This document shows, piece after piece, positions 29,102 to 40,300 of a DNA stretch of 64,000 nt. Position numbers and translations under genes: made by a program. Under the pieces are notes generated by a model. The model did not search any database. It worked only from the letters and a program-made list of their open reading frames with translations, and had not been told where the DNA came from. The DNA is from Fibrobacterales bacterium (GTDB lineage Bacteria > Fibrobacterota > Fibrobacteria > Fibrobacterales > JAOPTW01), in the NCBI GenBank assembly GCA_051532055.1, contig JAOPTX010000012.1:1-64000 (forward strand). The letters run 5' to 3'. Each line of letters starts with the position of its first letter. The first letter of the stretch is position 1.

Positions 29102-32100
29102 ATGAAAAAATTATTATTTATAACCGCACTCCTCTTCTCATCAAGCAATCTATTTGCTGCATTCACTACCCTTGGATATGACCACGGTGACCGCAACATC
29201 ATAAACGACATGGACGCGCTCTACGGTGAAGACAACTGGGAACGCATTGATGACTACGGTACTGAAGTCAATGATCAGAAATGGACCACACGCCTCGAAG
29301 GCGATATTGTTATCAAAGGAAAATTTGCATCCCTCGTCCATGAGTTTGGATATCGTGATGGCTCTGAGGGCGGTGAGTTTGTTTCACTCCTCCCAGAAAT
29401 CAGAAGCAGCCGTGGACTCTATACCAAAACACAACAAGAGAACGAGGGCACCGCATACATAGCTAACGACTCTACTTATTTCCGGTTCATTCTTAAACTT
29501 AATGACATTAACTGGAGAGGAAACTGGTCATCCTACGGGCCACGCTGGGAATGGAGCTCAGACCCTACACAGAACAGAGGTGGCGAAGATCATGTTGTAA
29601 CCTTCCGTATCATCGACAACAAAGGAACAGCCTTTGCAGAAAACAGGATTGGCATGTTTGTAATCGCCTGGGAAGACCTTGATTTTGAAGGAACCTACCT
29701 CTCTCGCTCAGACAGAGATTATGGCGACCTCATCGTAGAACTCCCCGGTGCCAAGCCAGAACATTTTGTAGATCCAAACGAGTCACCACTGACACTCGCC
29801 AACCTCATTACCTGCAATGAAGTAATCACCAACTACACTGAAGTCTCTATGACCAGTACACGAATTAAGTTCGAAGACAGTGACAACCAGCTTGAGCACG
29901 ACGACAATTTACAAGTAGATTTCTTTACTATAGAATATGACTCAGAACCAGATTCAATTGAAGTCCTCACTAAAGCCAGTAGATACACCGACAGTAACAG
30001 ACTTTATTTTGTTGGCGACAAAGAACTTGATTCGCTCGGATTTCATATTGAGCTCGTTGAAAAAACTGCTCAGCATGCAGTTATTGGAGTTGTCGGATAC
30101 GACAATCGCCATGCACTGAGCCATATAGAGTTCGATGTATTCGACGCAACACTTATGGTCACTCCTGGAACATCCACTCCCATCAAAAGAGTGATAGCGT
30201 GCAAGGATGGTGAGACGCCAGTATCAAGTTCCAGCGCCGTAGTAAGCTCTGAAGAGAATCAAAATGAAGAAACTGAAAATTCAAGCACTACTGAAGTATC
30301 ATCAGATTCACAAAACACTCCCAATAGTAACAACAGTAGCAGTGACACATCCAATACCCCCATAGAAGACATTACTCTCATCGGGAACAACCCAGACAAC
30401 TCAACTTCTTCAACTGACAATGCAACTATTAACATCGACGGAACTCCCATCAATAACAATTCTTCTAACGATCACACTACAGCAACTCTCGACGGAAGTA
30501 ATCTTTCAAGCAACAGTCACGAAAACACCCCAGACAATGAGGCTCTCTCTCTTACTGGGGCAAACAAGAACACCCAAACTACTGACTCAAGCAATAGCTC
30601 AGTTTCTCTCACCGGGGAAGCCGCATCAGAAGCAGGCAACAACAATGGTGTTGACGGCATTAATTTAACCGGTAAATACCTTGATGAAAAAAAGAATGAA
30701 TCAAAAAATAACACAACTATATCTCTCACCGGCAACAACACAGAGCACACCAGCAGTAAAAATGACAATACTCTTACCTATTTATTTTCTGAATTAACAA
30801 ACGACATTGTTGCCGATGCATTCACCTCTGACTCTAAACAAAACAATAACACAAAACAAGATGCCAATGGCACACTAAACATCAATGGCTACTCTATCGG
30901 CAACTCTTACCTTTCAAAAAATAAGACCAATACTAAAACTCATAAAAACTTTACCGAATTATTTGGAACCGACTACATTTCACACTATGTAGCCGACCAA
31001 AACCTTAAAACCATCCTTGACCCAAACAAAACACACGCCACAAGCGCATCAATAACAAAATCCATCGACGGCAAAGACACCCTTACTCTTGTGTACAACA
31101 GCTCTGTCAGCATCAATCAAACCATTGGTTCACTTGTTATAAATGGTGAAAACATACTATTCACTCAAACCGAAAGTAATAACGAAAACGAGATTACTCT
31201 CGTCATTGACAGCACACAAACAATTAAGGAAGGATCACAGTTTTTCGAAATTTTTGATACCGAAAACAACAATCTGTTCGAAGAACAATTTGTTTCTATA
31301 GAGCGCTTTGCAAAACTACCCGAACTCACACAAGATGGTAATGGATATTTTGACCAAAATCAAGACGGTCGCATGGACAACATCAAAGTTACCTTTCAGG
31401 GTGGTGTAACTCCTGAAATGCTTGAAGGTGCAATCTTCAACTTTAGCTGGCTCAATAATCAAAACCAGATAGAAACTTTTGTCGCCCCCATTGAAAATGT
31501 GACCATTGACCCCTCTCATGCTGCGGTACTCTATTGGAATACTGAAGAGTTCTTTTCATCTGCTCCTAATCATACTGATTTTGACAGAACCCATTTTGGT
31601 TCAGCAACTCTTCACTATACTTACACCGCAGATGGCATTACACGCTCGGTAGACAAGGTAATTACCATGCAAGACAAAATGGCCCCTGTAATCATTGACG
31701 CAAAACTCAATGCAGGCGTATTCAGAACATCTGAAGACACCCTCATTATCACCTTCTCTGAAAAAATTAACATCGGCCGCATATCTCAAAATGACCTCTT
31801 TGAATATAAATCTGAGTCAGGTACCCTAACAATTGAACCCAATGAGCTGACATGGATTAATGCCACAACAGCAAAACTTGTTATAGAAAACAATGGTTCA
31901 GTAATAATTGGCGACTCTATTCGCATCAACAACAATCCCCTATCAAAGCTTGGGTACATAGTTGACCTCGCAAATAACTCAGCTATGAAAAGCCCACTAT
32001 TTGCCGAATTAGAAGGCGACCCAAGAATGCTTGTAGAATACGTTTCACTCAACTCCTTTGACTCTGAGGATCCAGAAATACTCAAAGCCCCTATAACTGA

Positions 32101-32509
32101 ACTTAAATATGTTGATATGTATACAACCGCTTCAGACCTGAGAGAAACAGGACGACTTGGACACCTCATAGAAATAGGCGCCAACACTTTTCCCTATGCT
32201 GCAAAAGCAATTGAAAACGGCTCATATGCCCCTGAGGATTACACATTTGACTATTCAATACATTACTACACTCAAAATGGCTCTTATGTTGCAGAAACCA
32301 AAGGAACAATTACTTGCGCCGATGCAGGTTTTGAAGGAAATTGCTTAGAGAACCCGAGCAAACTCTTTGTCCAATGGAACTTTAAAACCGACCAAAATCA
32401 AGCAATTGCCACTGGAACATATGTAGTCACAATGCAGCTTCTTGTGCGCACACCCGAACAAGTAGTCTTACAACAAGCAACTGATACATGGGGAGTAATC
32501 CGTCATTAG
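29102..32509 (+). CDS. Secreted modular protein: DUF4114-like N-terminal region, N/S/T-rich linker, shared C-terminal module
   Basis: Signal peptide MKKLLFITALLFSSSNLFA; AWEDL...SDRDYGDLIV; FDQNQDGRMD...DKMAP...FSEKI; GNCLENPSKLFVQWNFKTDQNQAIATGTY. Confidence 0.85.
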   Translation: MKKLLFITALLFSSSNLFAAFTTLGYDHGDRNIINDMDALYGEDNWERIDDYGTEVNDQKWTTRLEGDIVIKGKFASLVHEFGYRDGSEGGEFVSLLPEIRSSRGLYTKTQQENEGTAYIANDSTYFRFILKLNDINWRGNWSSYGPRWEWSSDPTQNRGGEDHVVTFRIIDNKGTAFAENRIGMFVIAWEDLDFEGTYLSRSDRDYGDLIVELPGAKPEHFVDPNESPLTLANLITCNEVITNYTEVSMTSTRIKFEDSDNQLEHDDNLQVDFFTIEYDSEPDSIEVLTKASRYTDSNRLYFVGDKELDSLGFHIELVEKTAQHAVIGVVGYDNRHALSHIEFDVFDATLMVTPGTSTPIKRVIACKDGETPVSSSSAVVSSEENQNEETENSSTTEVSSDSQNTPNSNNSSSDTSNTPIEDITLIGNNPDNSTSSTDNATINIDGTPINNNSSNDHTTATLDGSNLSSNSHENTPDNEALSLTGANKNTQTTDSSNSSVSLTGEAASEAGNNNGVDGINLTGKYLDEKKNESKNNTTISLTGNNTEHTSSKNDNTLTYLFSELTNDIVADAFTSDSKQNNNTKQDANGTLNINGYSIGNSYLSKNKTNTKTHKNFTELFGTDYISHYVADQNLKTILDPNKTHATSASITKSIDGKDTLTLVYNSSVSINQTIGSLVINGENILFTQTESNNENEITLVIDSTQTIKEGSQFFEIFDTENNNLFEEQFVSIERFAKLPELTQDGNGYFDQNQDGRMDNIKVTFQGGVTPEMLEGAIFNFSWLNNQNQIETFVAPIENVTIDPSHAAVLYWNTEEFFSSAPNHTDFDRTHFGSATLHYTYTADGITRSVDKVITMQDKMAPVIIDAKLNAGVFRTSEDTLIITFSEKINIGRISQNDLFEYKSESGTLTIEPNELTWINATTAKLVIENNGSVIIGDSIRINNNPLSKLGYIVDLANNSAMKSPLFAELEGDPRMLVEYVSLNSFDSEDPEILKAPITELKYVDMYTTASDLRETGRLGHLIEIGANTFPYAAKAIENGSYAPEDYTFDYSIHYYTQNGSYVAETKGTITCADAGFEGNCLENPSKLFVQWNFKTDQNQAIATGTYVVTMQLLVRTPEQVVLQQATDTWGVIRH

Positions 32510-32564
32510 CTTACCCAAATCAATGTATACACTTTTAATACTTATATCTAATGTAAAACGTATA

Positions 32565-32589
32565 AAACAAGGGCTTTTTGCCCTTGTTT
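32565..32589 (+). terminator. Hairpin / probable terminator
   Basis: AAACAAGGGC-TTTTT-GCCCTTGTTT. Confidence 0.6.
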
Positions 32590-32629
32590 ATGTTAGATTT
32601 AAAAGAAGGCAACTTAAGGAATCTCAATT

Positions 32630-33364
32630 ATGGACCAGGCACTCTCACTTATCATTCTTGATAAAAACAAAGAACACCTCCGAGCGCTCTTGGAATTCCT
32701 CAACGCTACCGAAATACAGGTATACTCCCTCAACAGCATTGAAGAACTATTTGACAAAGCCTGCGCTATAGGCCCCAGTGCTATTATTTGCGACCATAAG
32801 AACATCGACACCGAACTCGCCCAAACACTTATGAAACTCAAAGGTGAAGAAAAAACAAAATACACTCCATTTTTTGTGCTGGGCACCAAAATCCCTAAAC
32901 CGCTCGCAAACCAATATTCAATTCGTGGCGCAGAGGTTGTATCACAAGATTTAACCCCTTTAGAGCTCCTCTCAACCATCTTTCCCGAATACCTTGCTAC
33001 TCTGACCAGCATAGCCGAAAACGCTAAACTCGAAGAAATCAAAAGTACTATTGGGAGTATTCAATCACTTGAGTTACTCGTCAATTCAGATAATTGGGAC
33101 CTCCTCCGCACATGGTCTTCGGAAGAGATGTACCGCATTAAAGGCGGAATTCTCATTGTTAACCTGTTAGAGTGCGACTTTGTTAATAGCGAAGGCATTG
33201 GCACCCTCATCACATTATTACATGAATGCCGTAATTACGACGTACAATATTATATTATGTCGGCTGATGACCACTTTAAAAACACCATAGGGCAGACAGG
33301 CCTACTCGAAATTTTTACAATTGTATCAGATCACCAAGAGCTAAAAAAGTTAGCAACAAAGTAA
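32630..33364 (+). CDS. Degenerate receiver (REC) domain fused to a STAS (anti-anti-sigma-like) domain
   Basis: LIILDKN...PSAIICD...TKYTPFFVLG (REC-like); LIVNLLECDFVNSEGIGTLITL...TIGQTGLLEIF (STAS). Confidence 0.7.
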   Translation: MDQALSLIILDKNKEHLRALLEFLNATEIQVYSLNSIEELFDKACAIGPSAIICDHKNIDTELAQTLMKLKGEEKTKYTPFFVLGTKIPKPLANQYSIRGAEVVSQDLTPLELLSTIFPEYLATLTSIAENAKLEEIKSTIGSIQSLELLVNSDNWDLLRTWSSEEMYRIKGGILIVNLLECDFVNSEGIGTLITLLHECRNYDVQYYIMSADDHFKNTIGQTGLLEIFTIVSDHQELKKLATK

Positions 33365-33365
33365 C

Positions 33366-34736
33366 GTGAAAATAGAGAGCACTTTCCTAGACAAATACAA
33401 TGTTGCCGGTCCTCGGTACACTTCATACCCTCCCGCTCCTTATTTTCAGGAAGAGGGGAATATAGACCTATTCAAAGAGGTCATCGAACAATCAAATGAT
33501 CATTCAAAAAACATATCTTTTTATGCTCATATTCCTTTTTGCCCTACACTCTGTTATTACTGTGGTTGCACTACAGAAATAACCACAAAGCAAGATCGAA
33601 TTAGCACCTACTTTGAAATGATGCGCAAAGAGCGTGAAAATCTTTTTCCACTTATTGACAGTTCTCGCCCCGTGACTCAAATTCACTTTGGTGGTGGTAC
33701 GCCTAATGCAGTATCAACCGATTACTTAAAAGAGATTGTAGACTCAATTGGCTCTCGCTACTCTTTTGCAGACAATGCTGAAATTGCCATTGAAGTAAAC
33801 CCAAATCATACCTCATTTGAACAGTTAAAAACCTTACGTGAAATTGGCTTTAACCGCATTTCTATAGGCCTTCAAGACTTTAAGAAAGATGTACTCGATT
33901 ATGTAAATAGAGGTTTTCCAGATATCCCCCCAAAAGAACTGATAGCCTACTGCCGAGATCTCGGTTTCACTGGGATTAACCTCGACCTCATTTATGGGCT
34001 CCCTGGTCAGACTGTCGAGAGTTTTCAAGATACCATAGCTCAAACAGTAGACGCTGACCCTGATCGCATTGCTGCATTTAGCTATGCCCATGTACCTTGG
34101 GTTAAAAAAAGTCAGAAAGTATTAGAAAAAATGGGACTGCCCTCTCCAGAAAATAAAATCGCTATGGCAGTAGATACACACAACCTTTTCCTCGATGCAG
34201 GATATGACTGTATCGGCATGGATCACTTTGCGAAACCAACGGATTTATTATCTATTTCAAAGCAATCGAAAACACTCCATAGAAACTTCCAAGGATACTG
34301 TTCACAACAGACCACCGGTCAAGTTTATGGCTTGGGCGCATCTTCAATTGGTCAGCTCGACAGTGCATATATCCAAAATCAACGTTCAGGCGAAACATTT
34401 GGAAAAGCAATTACAGAGACTGGGTTCTCATTTAATAAGCTTTATCAGCTTTCTCCTGAGAATCAACTCTACCGCAATATTATAAATCAAATAATGTGTA
34501 ATGGGTCTTTCAGTAAATCGATACTTGGTTCGTTTGACATGACTACGTCTCAATTAGAACAAATTGAAATAGCTATTGCAGCCTGCGATACCTATGCTGA
34601 CGACCAACTGCTCATAAAAACTGAAGATGGATTTGAACTTACCGAGCTTGGCATGCTTGTCCCTCGCGTTATCGCCATGAAATTTGACCCACTCTTAACA
34701 GAGTCAAGTGAAGGCAAATATTCAAAAACAATTTAA
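33366..34736 (+). CDS. hemN: Oxygen-independent coproporphyrinogen III oxidase
   Basis: KYNVAGPRYTSYP, HIPFCPTLCYYCGC, HFGGGTP, DLIYGLPGQ, IGMDHFA, LHRNFQGY. Confidence 0.96.
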   Translation: MKIESTFLDKYNVAGPRYTSYPPAPYFQEEGNIDLFKEVIEQSNDHSKNISFYAHIPFCPTLCYYCGCTTEITTKQDRISTYFEMMRKERENLFPLIDSSRPVTQIHFGGGTPNAVSTDYLKEIVDSIGSRYSFADNAEIAIEVNPNHTSFEQLKTLREIGFNRISIGLQDFKKDVLDYVNRGFPDIPPKELIAYCRDLGFTGINLDLIYGLPGQTVESFQDTIAQTVDADPDRIAAFSYAHVPWVKKSQKVLEKMGLPSPENKIAMAVDTHNLFLDAGYDCIGMDHFAKPTDLLSISKQSKTLHRNFQGYCSQQTTGQVYGLGASSIGQLDSAYIQNQRSGETFGKAITETGFSFNKLYQLSPENQLYRNIINQIMCNGSFSKSILGSFDMTTSQLEQIEIAIAACDTYADDQLLIKTEDGFELTELGMLVPRVIAMKFDPLLTESSEGKYSKTI

Positions 34737-34798
34737 AGCCTATATTCACCCTAGCGTTCTATTTGATAGCTTTACGAAAGTAAAAATGACAAGACAAA

Positions 34799-34833
34799 AA
34801 AAGGCTCACTTCAATATTTGAAGTGAGCCTTTT
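34799..34833. terminator. Bidirectional terminator between the convergent hemN and porin genes
   Basis: AAAAGGCTCACTTCAA-TAT-TTGAAGTGAGCCTTTT. Confidence 0.9.
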
Positions 34834-34856
34834 AAATTTAGGAAGTTTGACTCTGA

Positions 34857-35855
34857 CTAGAATCCAACTTTAGTATATACACCAAGTGACTGCTTTTGAG
34901 CAGTATCATTGTTATTATCATCTGCAGTCCTATAAACTACAGCCATGAGAAGACCCTTTTGAAACGCATACTCAAGTCCAATATCAGCAGCCCAATCAGA
35001 TGATTCGTCAGCATAAGTTGCCCAGTTTTGGAAATTAATGAATGCCTCAACATTTTCAACAACAAATGCTCCGGCAAGAAATTCCGCACCCCATACCTGA
35101 GCTGAATTCTCTTCCGATCCACCTTTGTTCATAGTGCTAAAGGTCGTTGCGCCAAGTCTAAGCTTTTCATGCTTCCAGCCAACAAAAGCAGAACTCATGA
35201 GCTGCATTTTTTTATCCATTCCATCACCCGTTTTGAGATAAGGATTAACTGATTGATAAATAGATGCTTGAATCATACCTTTCTTATAGCCTGCGTAGAG
35301 AGCAAACAATGGGTCTTGTGCACTTTTGCCCAATTTTGCATATCCATTCCCAGAAAGAACAGACGCTTTAACGTTCACTTCATCATTTACTTTAATATTA
35401 ATATTTACACCATTATCAGCAGAACCACTTCCATCACCAACAGCTGTGCTATTCATTTGTGATTTCTGAATAGTAATAGGATTCCACCCATAGTACGCCT
35501 TACCAAAGAACTTGTATGGATCAAGAAATGAAGATGTAGAATGTACACCAGTGGTCAGTTTAATTTTTTCTGTGAGCGGAATAGAAACATATGCATTTTT
35601 CAGAAACATTCCAGATTTACCATCTGCACTTGGAGAAACATCTAAAGTAATTTTTGCTTCAGCGCCATTCTCGAGTTTCGTTTTATATCCAATGTATGCT
35701 CTTTTAAGCTCAAATTGCGTTGTTTTTTCTTTACTTGGATCCTTATCAGTTATTTTCCAATTATAATTAGAACGAATTGTTCCAAATGGGCCACCAGCTA
35801 CTGCTGTACCTACCAACGCAGTGAGAACTGCACCTGTTACTAATAGTTTTTTCAT
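34857..35855 (-). CDS. Outer-membrane beta-barrel porin-like protein
   Basis: Signal peptide; FELKRAYIGYK, FLKNAYV, SADNG, SGNGY; C-terminal Phe (KVGF). Confidence 0.75.
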   Translation of the reverse strand: MKKLLVTGAVLTALVGTAVAGGPFGTIRSNYNWKITDKDPSKEKTTQFELKRAYIGYKTKLENGAEAKITLDVSPSADGKSGMFLKNAYVSIPLTEKIKLTTGVHSTSSFLDPYKFFGKAYYGWNPITIQKSQMNSTAVGDGSGSADNGVNINIKVNDEVNVKASVLSGNGYAKLGKSAQDPLFALYAGYKKGMIQASIYQSVNPYLKTGDGMDKKMQLMSSAFVGWKHEKLRLGATTFSTMNKGGSEENSAQVWGAEFLAGAFVVENVEAFINFQNWATYADESSDWAADIGLEYAFQKGLLMAVVYRTADDNNNDTAQKQSLGVYTKVGF

Positions 35856-35897
35856 TGTACCTTCCTTAATTATTGTGATTTGGTTATTTAAAGTTTT

Positions 35898-36884
35898 TTA
35901 GAACACGAGATCTGTTACGACACTAATAGTATGTACATCATTCTCATTTCTACTTTTCTCATATGATGTATTATCATATTTAAGAGCAATCGTTACTTGC
36001 TCAGAAAACCGATACTGCCCACCACAGGTAACTCTTAAAAGCCCTAAGTCATCAGCATTTGTTGCTTCAAGGTCCATTCGTGCAAAGAGTTCAAAATCAA
36101 TAAACTTCTGGAGCGGAACAAGAGGTATTACTCCAAATGCAGAAAAAGCCTGTATTTGAGTTGCATCAGAGTCATCACCACCGTCATTCATACGATAGGT
36201 ATACTCTAGGCCACCTCGGTATTTCGCAACGCTTAAGCCACCAAACACCCCACCAGTTGCCTCCATTTCTTTCGACTCTATACCATTATTAGGTGTAAAA
36301 TCTCCAAAAAGGTTCACCGTTAATATTTCTATATCCATAGCCGCTTCAAAAGCAATAGTCAACTCATCACCTGTTGAAGGCGCTTTGAGGTTTTCATATC
36401 CACGTCCACTATAGATACCCACATTAAATTCACCACTCTCCATAAAATCATAGGAGAAAAGAGCACCAAGATCAGTTCGACTGTTATTTAACAGTTCTAT
36501 AGTAGAAGGAAAAACATAATAGCTGTATCCATAAAACTCTGCTGCCTCTCTCCATCCTAAAGTCGGAATCAGGCCAGCACTCATATTTATCCCAGGGAAA
36601 AGGTCTCCTACTGATAGCCACGCTTGATAGAGAAATGGCGGACGCTTGCCAATATCTTCAGACATTTCAAGCTCAACATACCCTTGAAAATTATGTGCAA
36701 TACTTTTCTGATACCCAATATTAGTGGTGGTCAAATCAAAAGCAAATTCGCTTTCATCAATTTCATACCCAAAGTTTGTGGTGATTTCGCCGAACATCCC
36801 CTCTGCTGGAGAGGTACTTTCAGCTCCAATTAAAGAAGTTACAGACAACCCTAGAATTACTCCAGCTACTGCTCTTAATTGCAT
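35898..36884 (-). CDS. Outer-membrane beta-barrel porin-like protein (likely paralog of the downstream gene)
   Basis: Start placed at ATG 36884 (MQLRAVAG) after a GGAGAGAG RBS; FDLTTTNIGYQ, FLYQAWL, RTDLG, SGRGY; C-terminal Phe (DLVF). Confidence 0.7.
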   Translation of the reverse strand: MQLRAVAGVILGLSVTSLIGAESTSPAEGMFGEITTNFGYEIDESEFAFDLTTTNIGYQKSIAHNFQGYVELEMSEDIGKRPPFLYQAWLSVGDLFPGINMSAGLIPTLGWREAAEFYGYSYYVFPSTIELLNNSRTDLGALFSYDFMESGEFNVGIYSGRGYENLKAPSTGDELTIAFEAAMDIEILTVNLFGDFTPNNGIESKEMEATGGVFGGLSVAKYRGGLEYTYRMNDGGDDSDATQIQAFSAFGVIPLVPLQKFIDFELFARMDLEATNADDLGLLRVTCGGQYRFSEQVTIALKYDNTSYEKSRNENDVHTISVVTDLVF

Positions 36885-37377
36885 TCTCTCTCCAGTATAA
36901 CCACACAGTCTAAAAATAAGATAAGAATAATCGAAATTCTTGTTCGATAAAAAAGCCAAAATATCCCTATTATTATAAAAAACAAGATACTTCCAGATAA
37001 TTCGTTTACTCTATAGCTAGACTAAAACTAAGCACCAACAACCATATAAAGTAAATCTTATGAAACATCTAACTAATTTACCTCTAAACCTCCTTTATCA
37101 CCTCCCTACAGCAATATTCTGCTTACAATGCATATTATTAAGTTGATATTTTTTCATAATTTGTAGAATTATTCATTTTTGATCTTGTATACGACATTAA
37201 TGTTAATTACAAAAAATGTCGACACTTTTTATCAATTTACCGCTAAAAAACTGTCTTCTCCATACCATTTACTCACCTCTTTTTATACCTTTCCCTTCAA
37301 AATCTCTTGAATTATAATCACTTAATTCAGATACTATATGTCCAATAGCCAATGGCTTAATACCAAAGTGAGAACAT

Positions 37378-40300
37378 ATGAATACCAAAAAAAATAAGAC
37401 CATTGACCTCAAGCAGTATATTAATTTCAAGCTTAAGATCCACAATCTCCCTTCATTCAAAAATGAAGAACAAGATCAATCCTTTCAATTGCTTGAAAAA
37501 TTTATCGATAGTGAGAGTCAAATAATTGAACTTCTACCTGACCACCACTCACCGGTCGATCTACGCATTCAAAATTTCATTAATGAAACATTTGCTGACT
37601 GTGGTGCCGATTTAAATCTTAACCTCCCTATGAAGTCATTTGAGCTTGATCAACCTGGTGTTGCTCGTGCACTTTCACTCCCACCCGATAAAGATTTTTT
37701 TGAATCTCATTTGGTAAAATCCTATAGAACCCTCCAAGGCGTTCTACACAATCCCCGTCATGATAGAAGAACCACTAAAGGTGTTTTTCATGTTTCAGAA
37801 GGCGGACTCCCGATTTCTGAAGACAAAATGACGGTACCTAAAGCGACATTTGCTAAAATCTTAGAAATTGCTCTGCAACCACCAGCTGACTCACAATGCC
37901 TTCCATACACGTCTACTCAAGATGAACAAGCTGAAACATTTGTTTCTCTGCTTTTAACACCATCGGTGAGCCCTGAAATTCCAGGGTTTCAAAAAAATAA
38001 AATGATGGAAGTGAGACTCTTTGCACCAGGTGGTCTAGTAAGTAATCTCGACTTTGCTGAATCAGTATTCGGCAATGCGGGTAATCCTTATGTACCTGCG
38101 AATGACCTTGGTCTCAATTTTGAACAATTTACAGGTAAGACAGGATGTATCATTCTCGCTCCTCACCTAAATATGGTTACCAAAAAAGAGGTTGGCCTCC
38201 CTACCTTTGACGAAGCCACTGAAAAGCAACGTGCCCAAGGCATGTGCTGGAAAGAAGAATCAGAACTCTATAATGGTGGATCAGCTTTCAAAATCTGTTT
38301 TCGTGATGAAAATGGTGTCATGATCACTATTATTGCTGATAACTATTTTGGTTACACCAAGAAAGAGGTGAAAACACAAATTAGTTACGCCACAAATATG
38401 TATGGCCAATCTGAAGAAGAGCACGCAGGTGGAGCACTTGTTTTTCAACGCTTTAACTGGGGTGATACTTTCTCAGAAAATACAATGCTCTGTGAAAGAG
38501 GCGCCTATCCATACGAAGAGTTTAAAAAACTCTATAGCTACGTGTGCACCTTCCAAGAAGAAGGTCATGGTATCGACAACACCTACCCTGATATCTATTA
38601 CATCCCCAATGATGCAGTAATGTCAGTATCTACCCTTAGTATTGAGTGGGAACTCTATGGACAAAAACAGTCTATTAAACTTTCACCAGATATCACCTAC
38701 ATGCACCCATCGGGATACAAACTCAACCTAGAAAAGCATCCAAAAAGTGACCGCTGGTACATTGTTGGAACTGTGGCTGAAGGGGTCTATTGTCATAAAC
38801 CTGCAACGGTTTCTGGTGGTGGTAAATCTGAAATTTCGAAATCAATTTCAGAAATCATAACCTATAAAAGCTTCTTTGTACAAGACCTCCAAAAAGACCT
38901 TATTGAAGTAGAAAAACTTCTCGATCACGAAATGTACAAGAACCGCTTTAAAGACTCTGAGCAAAATCAGGGTAAAAAATCGAGACCAATATTAAGTGAC
39001 AAAAGAACACTTGGATCAGTAATCAAACTTCTCACTACATCAGAAGATGATTACACCGAAGAGTACAATGAGTGGCTTAACTCTATTAGTACTCCTATTC
39101 GTAACTTAGTATTTACGCTTAAACGTTTCTATCGTCACTCGATGAAAGATGACTGGAAAAAATATTTCCAAGTTGACTATCATGATGGTGAGCCTGGTCA
39201 CGAACTTCGCCTCTATCATAAAGCAGTTAATTCTCGTTATCTCCGTGTAGGGTCTGACCTCAATGACACTTGGCAAACATTCCGCCTTCGTCAAGACTTT
39301 ATCCCTGCATTTAAATTGCAAAAAGAAGATGACATTACTTGTTCATCAGTTTTTGATACCTCAATTGTACCAGGTGTAAACGAATCACTCCCGAAAAAGC
39401 CTTATAAGTTTACTCAAAACTGTGAACGCATGCTCTTTCAGCGCCCGGATGAGGCGGTCCATAAAGGTGTCGATCTTCAAACTGAAGATGACTTTGCTAA
39501 CACAGAGTTCTTTGCGTGTAACTACGAGCCTCTCGACAAAGATGATGCAATTGAAGATATTGAAGATGTTATTGAGTTCACCAAGTTTTCTGACAATATG
39601 AAAGGTGTTTACGAAAGTGCAGCTCAAATGAGTGAAGGTGAATATTTTGTGAGTACAACTCATCCACGTCTTGTGAATGGGGCACCCACTAAAAATGTGC
39701 GCTACTTACAACACAATCCAGAAATATATTACCCTCAAAATAAATATCTCACTAACATGTCTGCGCGTCTGTTCCGTAAACTCCCTATGGACAAACCAGT
39801 GCAAACTCCTGTTGAAGCGATTCTCATTGGCCGCCGTAATAATAATGCGGACAAAGAAGCGGGCATTAAAGCACTTTCAGTATATAATCCACTTCATTAC
39901 CAAGAACTCCCTGAGCTCTTCATGGACTACATTGCAAGCCTTTCGGGTAAATCACCTTCAACAACTGGATTTGGCTCAGAAGGCGCTTTGACAAAAGCTC
40001 CTTTTAATGCGCTCCAATTAATTGTTGACCTGAATAACACCCTTGTTTCAAATATTCTTACCGAAGACGATACATTCTCGACTGCGGCAGGGTTCATTGG
40101 AAGTGAAATTCGTGTTGATCACGATATAACATTCCTCGTACCTGAACTTTGGTGTCGTTTTAGTCATAAAGAACGTAAAGCTTCATACCTCATTGAAAAA
40201 GGATTTTTAGAAAAAATCCCTGATATGGAATATGAAGGTAAGACCATTCCATCGAGCATTCTTGGCTATAGAATAACATCTAAATTTGTACATGAGTTCT

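Noticed and set aside
25826..32629. Genomic island or mobile element
   Set aside because: No integrase, transposase, tRNA or terminal repeats; the proteins share a module with the 43-52 kb gene, suggesting a native family
32614..33042. 142-aa minus-strand ORF
   Set aside because: Antisense to the REC-STAS gene, with no recognisable motifs
34753..34769. AGCGTTCTATTTGATAG resembling the palindrome at 40831
   Set aside because: Only two short, imperfect copies; not enough to call a REP family or binding site
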